Source: Octopus bimaculoides (lineage: Eukaryota). Taken from it: a stretch of 47,440 bases of DNA. The position numbers were made by a program, and so were the translations under genes. Where the stretch lies: positions 114,094,805-114,142,244 of the forward strand of contig NC_068985.1 of NCBI RefSeq assembly GCF_001194135.2. The letters run 5' to 3'. The notes below the pieces were generated by a model that was given only the letters and a program-made list of their open reading frames with translations, made no database searches and was not told the origin of the DNA. Below, piece after piece: positions 12,140-22,142 of this stretch. How positions within the stretch are numbered: the first letter of the stretch is position 1; each line of letters opens with the position of its first letter.

Positions 12140-12305
12140 ATTAAAGGATTTTAGTCGAACAAGTCAACCCCAGGACTTATTCTTTGTAAACCTGATACAT
12201 ATTCTATTAGCCTCTTTTGCCAAACCGCTAAGTTATGGGCAAATAAACACACCAACATTGGTTATCAAGTGATGGGTGAGGGGGAGACAAACACAGACAC
12301 AAAGA
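12140..12305 (-). mobile_element. SINE family A 3' module
   Basis: TTTAGTCGAACAAGTCAACCCCAGGACTTATTCTTTGTAA...CCGCTAAGTTATG...GACAAACACAGACAC. Confidence 0.75.
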
Positions 12306-12726
12306 CATGCACACACATAAATATATACATATATACGATATGCTATGTCGTATGTTTATTTACCATACATTTTCTCATTTATTATATATACATACACACA
12401 TACATGTAAATATCAAACAATGAGAATGCTCAACACTGCATTGGTGAATAAAAATTCTTTTCTTAGTATCTTTAGGCTACCATTGGTTTCAAGTAAGAAG
12501 CCCTACACACAAACACACACTTCAATTTATGTTATTTCAAAGCTCCATCTTTTGTGACTTTATATTGTTTTTTTTTTTTTCTGCTTTCTTTCAAAGAAAT
12601 GAATGGGACAAATAAACCTCAACTTTAACTTATTTAACTTTACGTCAAGCAAGAAACCTAATCTTGAACCAATAAGACAAACCCACTTTGCAACCACCGA
12701 ATATTCCAAAAATATTTCTTTCAAAT

Positions 12727-13359
12727 TTTGGCACAAGGCCTGCAAATTTAAGGGGTGTGGGTGAGTTATTCACATCAACCCAAGTACTTGATGGGTAATT
12801 ACTTTTATTGACCTTGAAAGGATGAAAACCAATATCAACCTCGGCAGAATTTGAACTCAGAACAGAGCTGGAAAGAAACTGCTGCTAAGTATTTTCTCTG
12901 ATGCATTAACAATGGTGTGACCTTGCATGTTAGGAATAATCCTTTCTACTATAAGCACAAGCCCTGAAATTTAGTGGGAGGGTGCTAGCCCAGAATGCAA
13001 CTGGTACTTATTCCACGAACCCTGAAAGTATGAAAGGGAAAGTCGACCTCAGTGGAATTTGAACTCAGAACATATAGGCTACCAAAATGATGCTAGGAAT
13101 TTTGTCCAGCATGCTAATGATACTATCAGCTCACCACCTTAATGATAATGGTTTCATATTTTGGCACAAGGCCAGCAAGTTCAGAGCAGCAGGTTGATTA
13201 CATCAACTCCAGAGCTCAACCAGTACTTACTTCATTAACCCTGAAACTATGATAAACAAAGTCAACCTCAGTGGATTTTGAACTCAGAATGTATAGGCAG
13301 ACATAATTCTGATGAGCATTCTGTCCAGCATGCTAATGATTCTGCCAGATTATTGCCTT

Positions 13360-13400
<41 letters not shown>

Positions 13401-13620
13401 TTCCTTCTAATTTTGGTACAAGGCCAGCAATTTTGAAGGGAGCAAGTAGGTTGATAACATCAGTTCTAGTAAATCGCTGCTATTTTGCCTTTCATCCTTT
13501 CATGGTTGATAAAATAAAGTCAACCTTGGTGGCATTTGAACTTAGAATGCAAGGAGCTGGAAGAAATACCACTAAATATTTTGTCTGGTGTGCTAATGAT
13601 TCTGCCAGTTCGCTGCCTTA
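12727..13620 (-). mobile_element. Four head-to-tail SINE family B copies
   Basis: Units at about 12727, 12940, 13150 and 13400 each show GCACAAGGCC...GTACTTA...CCCTGAAAG.ATGAAA...GTC.ACCTC.G..GAATTTGAACTCAGAA...GCTAATGATTCTGCCAG. On the minus strand these give A-box-like TGGCAGAATC and B-box-like GTTCAAA. Units are separated by (TAA)n-type tails. Confidence 0.85.
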
Positions 13621-13634
13621 GTGCACTGGCTTGA

Positions 13635-13699
<65 letters not shown>

Positions 13700-13840
13700 G
13701 TGTAGTGTATTTTATGCATATATACCTTTACAAGGATATGCTTTTCATCACGTGTGCGTGTGTTTATCTGCATGTAGTATTAGTGTATATGTACCCAGAT
13801 TTCTACACACACACACACACATACATGTGTGTATGTATGC

Positions 13841-13896
<56 letters not shown>

Positions 13897-14364
13897 TGTA
13901 TGTATGGGTATAAGTGCTTCTGTATTTTCAATCCTTGGAAATACACATACATACAAAAAGATTTGTCTTCTCTTCTTCCTCCTCTCCTCACCCCCTCCTC
14001 TTGCTCCTCCCACTCCTTTTTTATTTCCGCCTTTCTTCTTTAAACTTAATATATCTTTTCCCTTGAACATTAGAACGGATCCACCATTCACCTGACCCTT
14101 ATCCTATCCCCTACTATCCTTGCCACTATTCTGGACAGTTTACCATCCCTCCTACACACACACACACCATGCCCACATCCTATCAGAACTTTTACGAGCC
14201 AGTGGTCATTTCTTCTCTGTTTCTGCTTCATACACATTACCCCTACTATCAACCAACCTACCTACCTACCTACCTACACCACTCATTCCCACATCCTACT
14301 TCACATATTAATATCTGCAGCTTTCATGTTCTGTCAACAGTTTCACACACACACACACACACGC

Positions 14365-14610
14365 ATGCACACACTGATGCATGCAGAAATACACACACAT
14401 GCCCAGATGCACACAAAGAGAGATACATATACACCCATACACACAAAGACTCAGAAAGATACACACACACACACACACACACACATACATACATACACAC
14501 ATATGCACACACTGATGCATGCAGAAATACACACATGCCTAGATGCACACAAAGAGAGACACATATACACACAAAGACTCAGAAAGATACACACACACAC
14601 ACACACACAC
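14365..14610. repeat. Two-copy tandem duplication (~110-135 bp) in CA-rich DNA
   Basis: ATGCACACACTGATGCATGCAGAAATACACA...AGATGCACACAAAGAGAGA...CACAAAGACTCAGAAAGATACACAC occurs twice. Confidence 0.85.
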
Positions 14611-15993
14611 ACCAGCAAAAGCCCCTTATTTCCCTAACACATTTCAGTTTTTCCTATTTGTGCTCTCTCTCTATCTCTCAAAACTTTCTTATTTACTATC
14701 TTTCATCACACTCCATTTCTCAGACACAAACACATAAGCAGCCTCCGCCCAGGGACTCAACTGCCAACCACCATCATCCATCCATCCAACAACTTCTTCA
14801 ATACCTTCATCACTCCCCTCCACACATGCCCATCACTTCATGGATCATGGTTTTCACAAGGAAAGGTGAACACAAATTGTATAAGATGCCTCAGGGGACG
14901 ATGAAGGTAAACTGGAAATACACACACACACACACCCACATACAGACACACACATACACACACACACACATACAAATACACAGATATATATAAATGAAAA
15001 TGCTGGTCAAACTATTAACTGTGTTTGGTGCTGGTGCCATAGGCTTATTATAAGTGTTGCTGTTCTTGTTATCTTTAGAAATTGTGTAGGGTCGAGGTGA
15101 AGTGACTCCTAAAATAAAAATGTCATGAGGGCTGAAGATGTGAAAGAGGAATAAAGAACGGAACCCACCTCTCTGTTTTACAATTGTCATTCTTGTAGCT
15201 GCTGCTGCTGCTATTACTGTTACCCCCCACCACCACCACTACCAAAACTATCACTACTACTACTACTACTACTGCTACCACCGTTACTACTACCGACACC
15301 ACGACAGTCCACTACAGTGACCACTACCATCACCATCTACTACTATCACTGCTACTACCTCTAGCATCACCATCCACTGCAACCCACTACTACCACCATC
15401 GCGCCCACTAGAACCATCACCACCATCACTGACCACTACCATTGCTGTCCACTACAAGCAAATACCACGGTACAACCCCCACCACTAGCATCAGTAGCCA
15501 CCACCACCACTGCCTTTTTCATCATCTCTATCTATCCATCACCACGATTAATCACAAACAACCATTGCTATGTCTGTTGCAGGCAAAACAAAATGGCCAC
15601 TGTATGGTCTTCATATAAAAGTACAACAACAAACAACAACAACTCTAATAAAGATAGACACTCCCCACCCCCACACACGCTCATGCATGCACACACATCA
15701 TAATCAGGGACAGCTGCATGCCAGGAGCTTTGATAGCCGCAGCAGCAAGAGTGTTAAAAATGTCCCCAGCACTATTTAGGACTCCATCCATCAAATCATA
15801 ATCTGCAGCTGACATGTAGGCAATAAAGGTAGTAGTAGTAGTAGTAGTAGTGGAGGTGGTGGTAGTACTAACGCCCACCCTGTTGTCAATGCCACCCCAT
15901 CTTTTTCTAGCAAGTAAGCAACACCAGAGCTAATCACATACACGGTGTGGAATACCTACACCAAAATTCATAATTACCACCTGAAATGATATA

Positions 15994-16500
15994 CAGTACT
16001 GGACCCCTTATCCAGCTCCCAGAAATCCCTGAATATTGTGCAGTATCATACAATATACTGTACCATGTATTGAGTAAAGAGACCCTGTTTTTGAAGTTGG
16101 TTAATTTGCATGTAGTGTGTTAAAGTAGATTTGTTCTTTACTTTTTAAAGTGGATTCATAGAGATTAAACATACTCTGCTTTAGAATGGTATTAATTTGT
16201 GTTTGTATCTGTTAAATAAAATCATGTTCTTTACTTTTCTTCATTTAATTTTCATCTTGTAAACATTACACTGTATGATATATTTTAAGAATTCTAAATG
16301 GATTAATAAACGCAAAACAGATCCGGCTTTAAAAGTGTATTAATCTGAATCTGTTAAATTCAATTTAGCTCTTTACTTTTCATAACTTATGAGTAGTTTA
16401 TATTTCAAGTACATATTTAAACAGTCTCCAGAAAAACAGAAAATCCAGAAATCAGGAGCACTTCTAGTCTCAAGCTTGCTGGATAATTGGCCTAGTACTG
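15994..16500. mobile_element. pogo/Tigger-like non-autonomous element, ~510 bp
   Basis: Left TA|CAGTACTGGACC...TTATCCAGC; right GCTGGATAATTGGCCTAGTACTG (reverse complement CAGTACTAGGCCAATTATCCAGC). CCAGAAATC motifs occur near both ends and the interior is AT-rich. Confidence 0.6.
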
Positions 16501-16731
16501 GACCTGTAACATCCAGCAAATGCTTGTAGTAGCGTATATAAATGGTTAATATTTATATATTCTGACTTGCTATAACTAAAGTAACTCCAATGAAAGCAGT
16601 AATGGTGGTAGAGCTGACAGTTCCCAGAGAAGCAAACCTTGAAGATGCTTTCCTCAGGAAATGCAGTGAGTTGAACTCTATGAAAACAATGGATGGGAAG
16701 CAATATACCTTCCTGTAGAAATGTGTTAGAG

Positions 16732-16986
16732 CAGGGGTTTTCAAACTGTGGTCCGCGGACCACAAGGGGTCTGCAAGGACAAGACAGGGGGTCCGTGGAC
16801 AGCAAATACTTTTTATGAGCAATTTGATTTTATATATGTTTTTTAATTGAAATCTTTTAATTGACAATAAACCTATTTGTTAAATACTGTTAAATAAATA
16901 AATGTAAAAATATATGTTATTTTAAGCAAATATTTATGTATAAATTTCATTAGCGTTTATAAGGGGGTCCCTAAGGTAAAGCCCTG
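16732..16986. mobile_element. hAT (Charlie-like) MITE with an 8-bp TSD
   Basis: Starts CAGGGGTTTTCAAACTGTGGTCCGCGGACC and ends GTAAAGCCCTG. Flanks are TGTTAGAG (16724-16731) and TGTCAGAG (16987-16994), a 7/8 match. Confidence 0.75.
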
Positions 16987-17367
16987 TGTCAGAGAATTCG
17001 TTGGAAAAAATGATCTTATTCATGCTTAGGAGTCTTGGACTTACTGCAAAGTAGACAAACAATGTTGTCAGAAAATTTGCACAGAAACCAATGAGAGACA
17101 AAAACATTACATCTGGCTCAAAAAAGAGGATGAATGTTGCAGTGAAAACATGCACTGATAATGGTAGAAATATCTGGCCCAAAATGATGGCTCTGTGTCA
17201 GTTGCTGATAACACTCAAGCACTGTAACACATGCTTCTCCAGTCTATTGATGACATTAATAGCCCTATGGCATGTTTTCCATACATATTGTCTATAAGGA
17301 GATTTTTTTTTTTCTCAAAGCAATGCATACATTACCATATTCAAGTATATGCGAAGATGTTAAATAT

Positions 17368-17513
17368 CATTGGACAACCAAATCCACTCATAAAGCTTTG
17401 ATTGGTCTGGGGCTTATAGTAGAAGATACTTGCCCAAGGCACTGCATAGTGGGACTGAAACTTAAACCATGTGGTTTGGGAAACAACTTCTTAACAACAC
17501 AGCTATGCCTGCA
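17368..17513 (-). mobile_element. SINE family A head, 130 bp from the plexin donor
   Basis: CCAAATCCACTCATAAAGCTTTG...GAAGATACTTGCCCAAGG...GTGGGACTGAA...CCATGTGG. Confidence 0.8.
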
Positions 17514-17637
17514 CCTTTTTATATGTGTGTGTGTGTGTGTGTGTGTGTATATACAAACTTGCAAAGCATCTATGAGAAAAAATTTAAAAGAAAAGGCAAG
17601 AAAAGGTAACTGTTAAATAATGAGTAAAATGAGATAG

Positions 17638-17643
17638 ACCTAC
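17638..17643 (-). promoter_or_regulatory. 5' splice donor of the plexin exon
   Basis: AAG|GTAGGT on the minus strand, directly after the last codon of the exon. Confidence 0.75.
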
Positions 17644-17772
17644 CTTATTAGGGGTCATGGCGTACAAATGCTCCTTATCCAAATCAAAGTAGAGATCAGG
17701 AAAGATCCTTTGGTCAGGGGCCACATGAATAGTCTCGTAAGGCATGGCAGAGTGGCTTGACTCAATGGACAC
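17644..17772 (-). CDS. PlexA: Internal coding exon of a plexin (plexin-A-like), C-terminal end of the Sema domain
   Basis: Minus strand reads TGTCCCTTTATTTTGCAG|GTGTCC...AATAAG|GTAGGT. The exon is 129 bp = 43 codons with no stop: VSIESSHSAMPYETIHVAPDQRIFPDLYFDLDKEHLYAMTPNK. From memory this matches the plexin-A segment between 'GxLKK' and the first PSI domain (V.ESS..A..Y...V.....I..D..FD....LY.M...K), which is also a single phase 0-0 exon of similar size in vertebrate PLXNA genes. The A versus B subfamily call rests on recall, not an alignment. Confidence 0.85.
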
Positions 17773-17835
17773 CTGCAAAATAAAGGGACAACATGAAAGT
17801 AAAACAAAACAAACAATTAACAACTTTTAGTAAAT
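17773..17835 (-). promoter_or_regulatory. 3' splice site, polypyrimidine tract and possible branch point of the plexin exon
   Basis: Minus strand TTACTAAAAGTTGTTAATTGTTTGTTTTGTTTTACTTTCATGTTGTCCCTTTATTTTGCAG. The TACTAA about 55 nt upstream resembles a branch site. Confidence 0.7.
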
Positions 17836-17944
17836 AATATGGTAGCCACCACTATCTCATTATCACCAACGTAAACATTGAGGAGCCTTTATGTGACCAC
17901 TCAGCCTGATAGAAATAGTACCAGTCATATTCATCCTATATTGT

Positions 17945-18486
17945 CTTATGTTCAAACCAGCCAGATCTGGCCTCTCACACTTACCCTACAATGACATTCT
18001 AAAAATAAACAGTACATCATGTAAATATTGAAGCTATAAGATAATGCATGATTAATTTAAAAAAATACGAATAAATAAGCATTGCATATGAAAGAGTAAT
18101 CTGAATACTAAATGATTGAACCAGCCATATCTGGCCTTGCACACCTACCCAGCAATGACGCTCTAAAAATACCATATTTTCAAGCATGCAAGTAGATATA
18201 GTATAGAGCATAAACATATAGTGTAAACCATTCAAACATTATCTTTCCAAATCCTGCTATATTTCACATGGAATTTTTGGTTTTCTAAAGTTGCTTTGGT
18301 GTATAAGTTGACTTGCCCTATTTTGGCAGTAAATTTTGGTCTGAAAGATTCAACTTGTATACCAGAAAATATGATAAATGATCACATCATCAAAATCTTA
18401 AGGCTATAAAGATAATGCATGATTGATTCAAAGCAATGTGAATGAATAAGCATTATATTTGAGAGAAAAATCTGAATGCTAAAGGG
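17945..18486. mobile_element. Two adjacent copies of a second piggyBac-like MITE family (17945-18116 intact; 18117-18486 interrupted)
   Basis: Shared blocks AACCAGCCA.ATCTGGCC..CACAC.TACCC..CAATGAC..TCTAAAAATA...GCTATA.AGATAATGCATGATT...AATAAGCATT...AATCTGAAT.CTAAA. The right end is AAAGGG|TTTA. Confidence 0.6.
18172..18374. mobile_element. Tc1/pogo-like MITE with a TA TSD, nested in a piggyBac-like MITE
   Basis: TA|CCATATTTTCAAGCATGCAAGT...ACTTGTATACCAGAAAATATGA|TA. TA at 18170-18171 and 18375-18376. Confidence 0.75.
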
Positions 18487-18489
18487 TTT

Positions 18490-19090
18490 AGTGTAGAAAA
18501 AGGTTATGGATTGTCACAGCTGGTGACACGTAAAATGCACCCAGCATACTCTGTTAAGTGTGGAGGTGCAATGGCTCAGTGGTTAGGGCAGCGGACTTGC
18601 AGTCATAGGATCGCGGTTTCAATTCCCAGACCGGGCACTGTGAGTGTTTATTGAGCGAAAACACCTAAAAGCTCCATGAGGCTCTGGCAGGGGATGTTGG
18701 CGAACCCTGCTGTACTCTTTCACCACAACTTTCTCTCGCTCTTTCTTCCTGTTTCTGTTGTGCCTGTAATTCAAAGAGTAAGCCTTGTCACACTCTGTGT
18801 CTCGCTGAATATCCCCGAGAACTATGTTAAGGGTACACGTGTCTGTGGAGTGCTCAGCCACTTGCACGTTAATTTCACGAGCAGGCTGTTCCGTTGATCG
18901 GATCAACTGGAACCCTTGACGTCGTAAGCGACGGAGTGCCAACAAAACTCTGTTAAGTAGTTGGCATTAGGAAGAGCATCCAGCTGTATGAATCATGCCA
19001 CAACAGACGGTTGGAGTCTGGACAGCTCCATGCCAAACTGTCCAACCAATGCCAGCATGGAAAGCAGCTGTTAAACAATGATAATGACAA
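18490..19090 (+). mobile_element. RTE-like 3' tail interrupted by SINE C
   Basis: GGTGACACGTAAAATGCACCC...[SINE C]...GTTGGCATTAGGAAGAGCATCCAGCTGTA...GCCAGCATGGAAAGCAGCTGTTAAACAATGAT; aligns with 21020-21200 once the SINE is removed. Confidence 0.8.
18560..18946 (+). mobile_element. SINE family C, full copy with a 12-bp TSD
   Basis: tRNA-like head GGAGGTGCAATGGCTCAGTGGTTAGGGCAGCGGAC...GGTTTCAATTCCC and tail CGTCGTAAGCGACGGAGTGCCAACA. ACTCTGTTAAGT flanks it at 18548-18559 and 18947-18958. Confidence 0.9.
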
Positions 19091-19135
19091 CTGGAATGTC
19101 CCTGCCACCCATTCTGGAATACAATGTCCCTGCCA

Positions 19136-19334
19136 CCCATTTTAGAATACAAATTAAATTTTACAGACTAAATTTTACAGCCAAAAAACGGTAGGTTGAC
19201 TTACACACCAAGACAACTTTGGAGAACCAAAAATTCTATGTGAAATGCAACAGGATTTGGAAAGATAAAAACGGCATTTAAATGTTTACATGTTCACACT
19301 ATATACTATGTTGATTTGTATGCCAGAAAATACA
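19136..19334. mobile_element. Tc1/pogo-like MITE, same family, inverted relative to 18172-18374
   Basis: GACTTACACACCAAGACAACTTTGGAGAACCAAAAATTCTATGTGAAAT...GGATTTGGAAAGAT...TTGTATGCCAGAAAATA matches the reverse complement of 18172-18374. Confidence 0.75.
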
Positions 19335-19455
19335 TGGTTCAAACAAACTCGGGCTGAGCTGGAACTAAACAACACAGATCATTACTATTCTTAACATTAA
19401 TCTAATACTACAAAACACACTCTTATAAATACATACCAATATTACACAATGAGTC

Positions 19456-19664
19456 CAATGTGGCAAGCTGGCGGAATTGTGAGCAAGCCAGACAAAACTC
19501 TTAGCAGTGTTTCATCCATCTCTATGTTCTGAGTTCAAATGATGAGGTCGGCATTGCTTGTTATCTTTTCCGGGATGATAAAATAAGTACCAGTTGAGCA
19601 CTGGTGCTGATGTAATTGACTTAGCCCAAGTCAGAAAACTGCTAGCTTAGTACCAAAATTTGAA
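19456..19664 (+). mobile_element. SINE family B copy with a 21-bp flanking direct repeat
   Basis: GGCAAGCTGGCGGAATTG...TTCTGAGTTCAAAT...ATAAAATAAGTACCAGTTGAGCACTGG...CCAAAATTTGAA. ACCAATATTACACAATGAGTC occurs at 19435-19455 and 19665-19685. Confidence 0.85.
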
Positions 19665-20115
19665 ACCAATATTACACAATGAGTCAATGATGAAACCATG
19701 GTCAGGTGATTTGCTAGAAATAGCAGTGAATTCGTATTTAAATGACACAACACTCTTTAAATAAGGACACAAGGGGAATAGAGTGCTGGGCTGCTTGCAC
19801 ATAGGAAAGGAAGAAAGACATGATGGTCATGAGTGGAATCTCCTTATAGATTTGCTTAATGAGGGGATGAGCTAGGGTTACACAGCAACATCTATTAACC
19901 AAATGTTGTTTGACCACCAGCAGTACATGAATACATATCACCAATACCACCATCACCGTAACTGCTGCCACCACTACTACCATCATGGCCCTAGCTACTA
20001 ACTACCAAGCCACTAGCATCACTATCACTACCACCACCACAGTTACCACTGCCACCACAACAACCACAACCACCACTGCCACTACACTTTCAGGTCAAAG
20101 AATAAAAAATGATGT

Positions 20116-21208
20116 GTGAGCTTCCGCTATCTGGGCGACCAAGTTAGTAGTGGGGGTGGGTGCGCTGAAAGTGTAGCTGCTAGAATAAGAATAGCCTGGG
20201 CAAAGTTTAGAGAGCTCTTACCCCTGCTGGCGACAAAGGGACTCTCACTCAGAGTAAAAGGCAGACTGTATGACACATGCGTACGAACAACCATGCTACA
20301 TGGCAGTGAAACATGGGCTGTAACTGCTGAGGACATACGTAAGCTCGCAAGGAATGAAGCCAGTATGCTCCGTTGGATGTGTAATGTCAATGTGAATACC
20401 CGTCAGAGTGTAAGTATCGTGAGAGAAAAGCTGAACATNNNNNNNNNNNNNNNNNNNNNNNNNNNNNNNNNNNNNNNNNNNNNNNNNNNNNNNNNNNNNN
20501 NNNNNNNNNNNNNNNNNNNNNNNNNNNNNNNNNNNNNNNNNNNNNNNNNNNNNNNNNNNNNNNNNNNNNNNNNNNNNNNNNNNNNNNNNNNNNNNNNNNN
20601 NNNNNNNNNNNNNNNNNNNNNNNNNNNNNNNNNNNNNNNNNNNNNNNNNNNNNNNNNNNNNNNNNNNNNNNNNNNNNNNNNNNNNNNNNNNNNNNNNNNN
20701 NNNNNNNNNNNNNNNNNNNNNNNNNNNNNNNNNNNNNNNNNNNNNNNNNNNNNNNNNNNNNNNNNNNNNNNNNNNNNNNNNNNNNNNNNNNNNNNNNNNN
20801 NNNNNNNNNNNNNNNNNNNNNNNNNNNNNNNNNNNNNNNNNNNNNNNNNNNNNNNNNNNNNNNNNNNNNNNNNNNNNNNNNNNNNNNNNNNNNNNNNNNN
20901 NNNNNNNNNNNNNNNNNNNNNNNNNNNNNNNNNNNNNNNNNNNNNNNNNNNNNNNNNNNNNNNNNNNNNNNNNNNNNNNNNNNNNNNNNNNNNNNNNNNN
21001 NNNNNNNNNNNTTTCGTGCGGGTGACACGTAAAAGCCCCACTACACTCTCTGAGTGGTTGGCGTTAGGAAGGGCATCCAGCTGTAGAAACTCTGCCAAAT
21101 CAGACTGGAGCCTGGTGTTGCCATCCGGTTTCACCAGTCCTCAGTCAAATCGTCCAACCCATGCTAGCATGGAAAGCGGACGTTAAACGATGATGATGAT
21201 GATGATGA
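20116..21208 (+). mobile_element. 5'-truncated RTE-clade LINE (C-terminal RT region, gap, 3' UTR, (GAT)n tail)
   Basis: 20119-20438 is stop-free: SFRYLGDQVSSGGGCAESVAARIRIAWAKFRELLPLLATKGLSLRVKGRLYDTCVRTTMLHGSETWAVTAEDIRKLARNEASMLRWMCNVNVNTRQSVSIVREKLN. The FRYLG, GSETW and MLRWMC motifs are typical of the RTE RT C-terminus. After the gap comes a 3' UTR (GGTTGGCGTTAGGAAGGGCATCCAGC...CCAACCCATGCTAGCATGGAAAGCGGACGTTAAAC) ending in GATGATGAT. Confidence 0.9.
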
Positions 21209-21857
21209 CAGTAAGAGAAAAGCTTTAATCAAATATTTGCTGCAACTAATTGGTGAGTTGCAGGGTGTTCTTGTGACGACAGATTCGCAAGGGCATATAC
21301 ATATATACACACACATCAAATACACAAGCATACATACACATACATACACACAAGTATTCATGTGCATGTACACAAGACATACATGCACACACATAAGCTG
21401 CACAAGCAAACATACATGCGCATACAAGTGTATACATACATGTACACGACATACATACAAACTCAAACAAGATACCCAAGTATACATATATACTTACACA
21501 TAGCATACACATACATGAGACACAAGCATATACATACGAGACACAAACATATACATACATGAGACAAGCATATGCACACATACACACATACATAAGATAC
21601 AGAGGCTTAATAATTAAAAAAGAAATTAAGTAACAATGTGCTGACCATCACAACTAACACCACCATTCCAATTTGATTTATTAGTAATAGAGAAAATATA
21701 TAAACTAAGTAATAACTAGAAACAGACACAAGCATACATACACATACATGTACATACTCACACATATACATGACGTATAGGACACGAAGCAGACATCTAC
21801 CTTAAAAACATACATTTGGTTGCATGAAGAGTCACTCACACACACACACACACACAC

Positions 21858-22130
21858 AGTGAAGGTTTGTTGCATTGTGGCTAGGGAACTGCACTCACAA
21901 TCACAAGATCATGGTTTCAATTCCCAGACCAGGTGGTATGTTGTGTTCTTGTGCAAAACACTTTCATTTCATGTTGCTTCAGTCCGATCAACTGTAAATG
22001 TGTAACTCTGTGATAATCTGGAATCCCATTCAGATGGAATCATCTGAAAGCTAAAATTCAAGGAAGTGCATTGTAAACCAGCAGTGTATAATAACATTTG
22101 ATAGTCTAGTCAAGACAGTGATAAATACAT
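21858..22130 (+). mobile_element. SINE with a family-D-type head
   Basis: GTGGCTAGGGAACTGCACTCACAATCACAAGATCATGGTTTCAATTCCCAGACCAGG...GCAAAACACTT, homologous to the 8460-8570 head. Confidence 0.65.
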
Positions 22131-22142
22131 ACATATCTATAT

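Noticed and set aside
18560-18635. tRNA gene (also considered for the other SINE heads)
   Set aside because: A/B-box-like motifs are present but there is no complete cloverleaf or terminator, and the sequence continues into a repeated SINE body.
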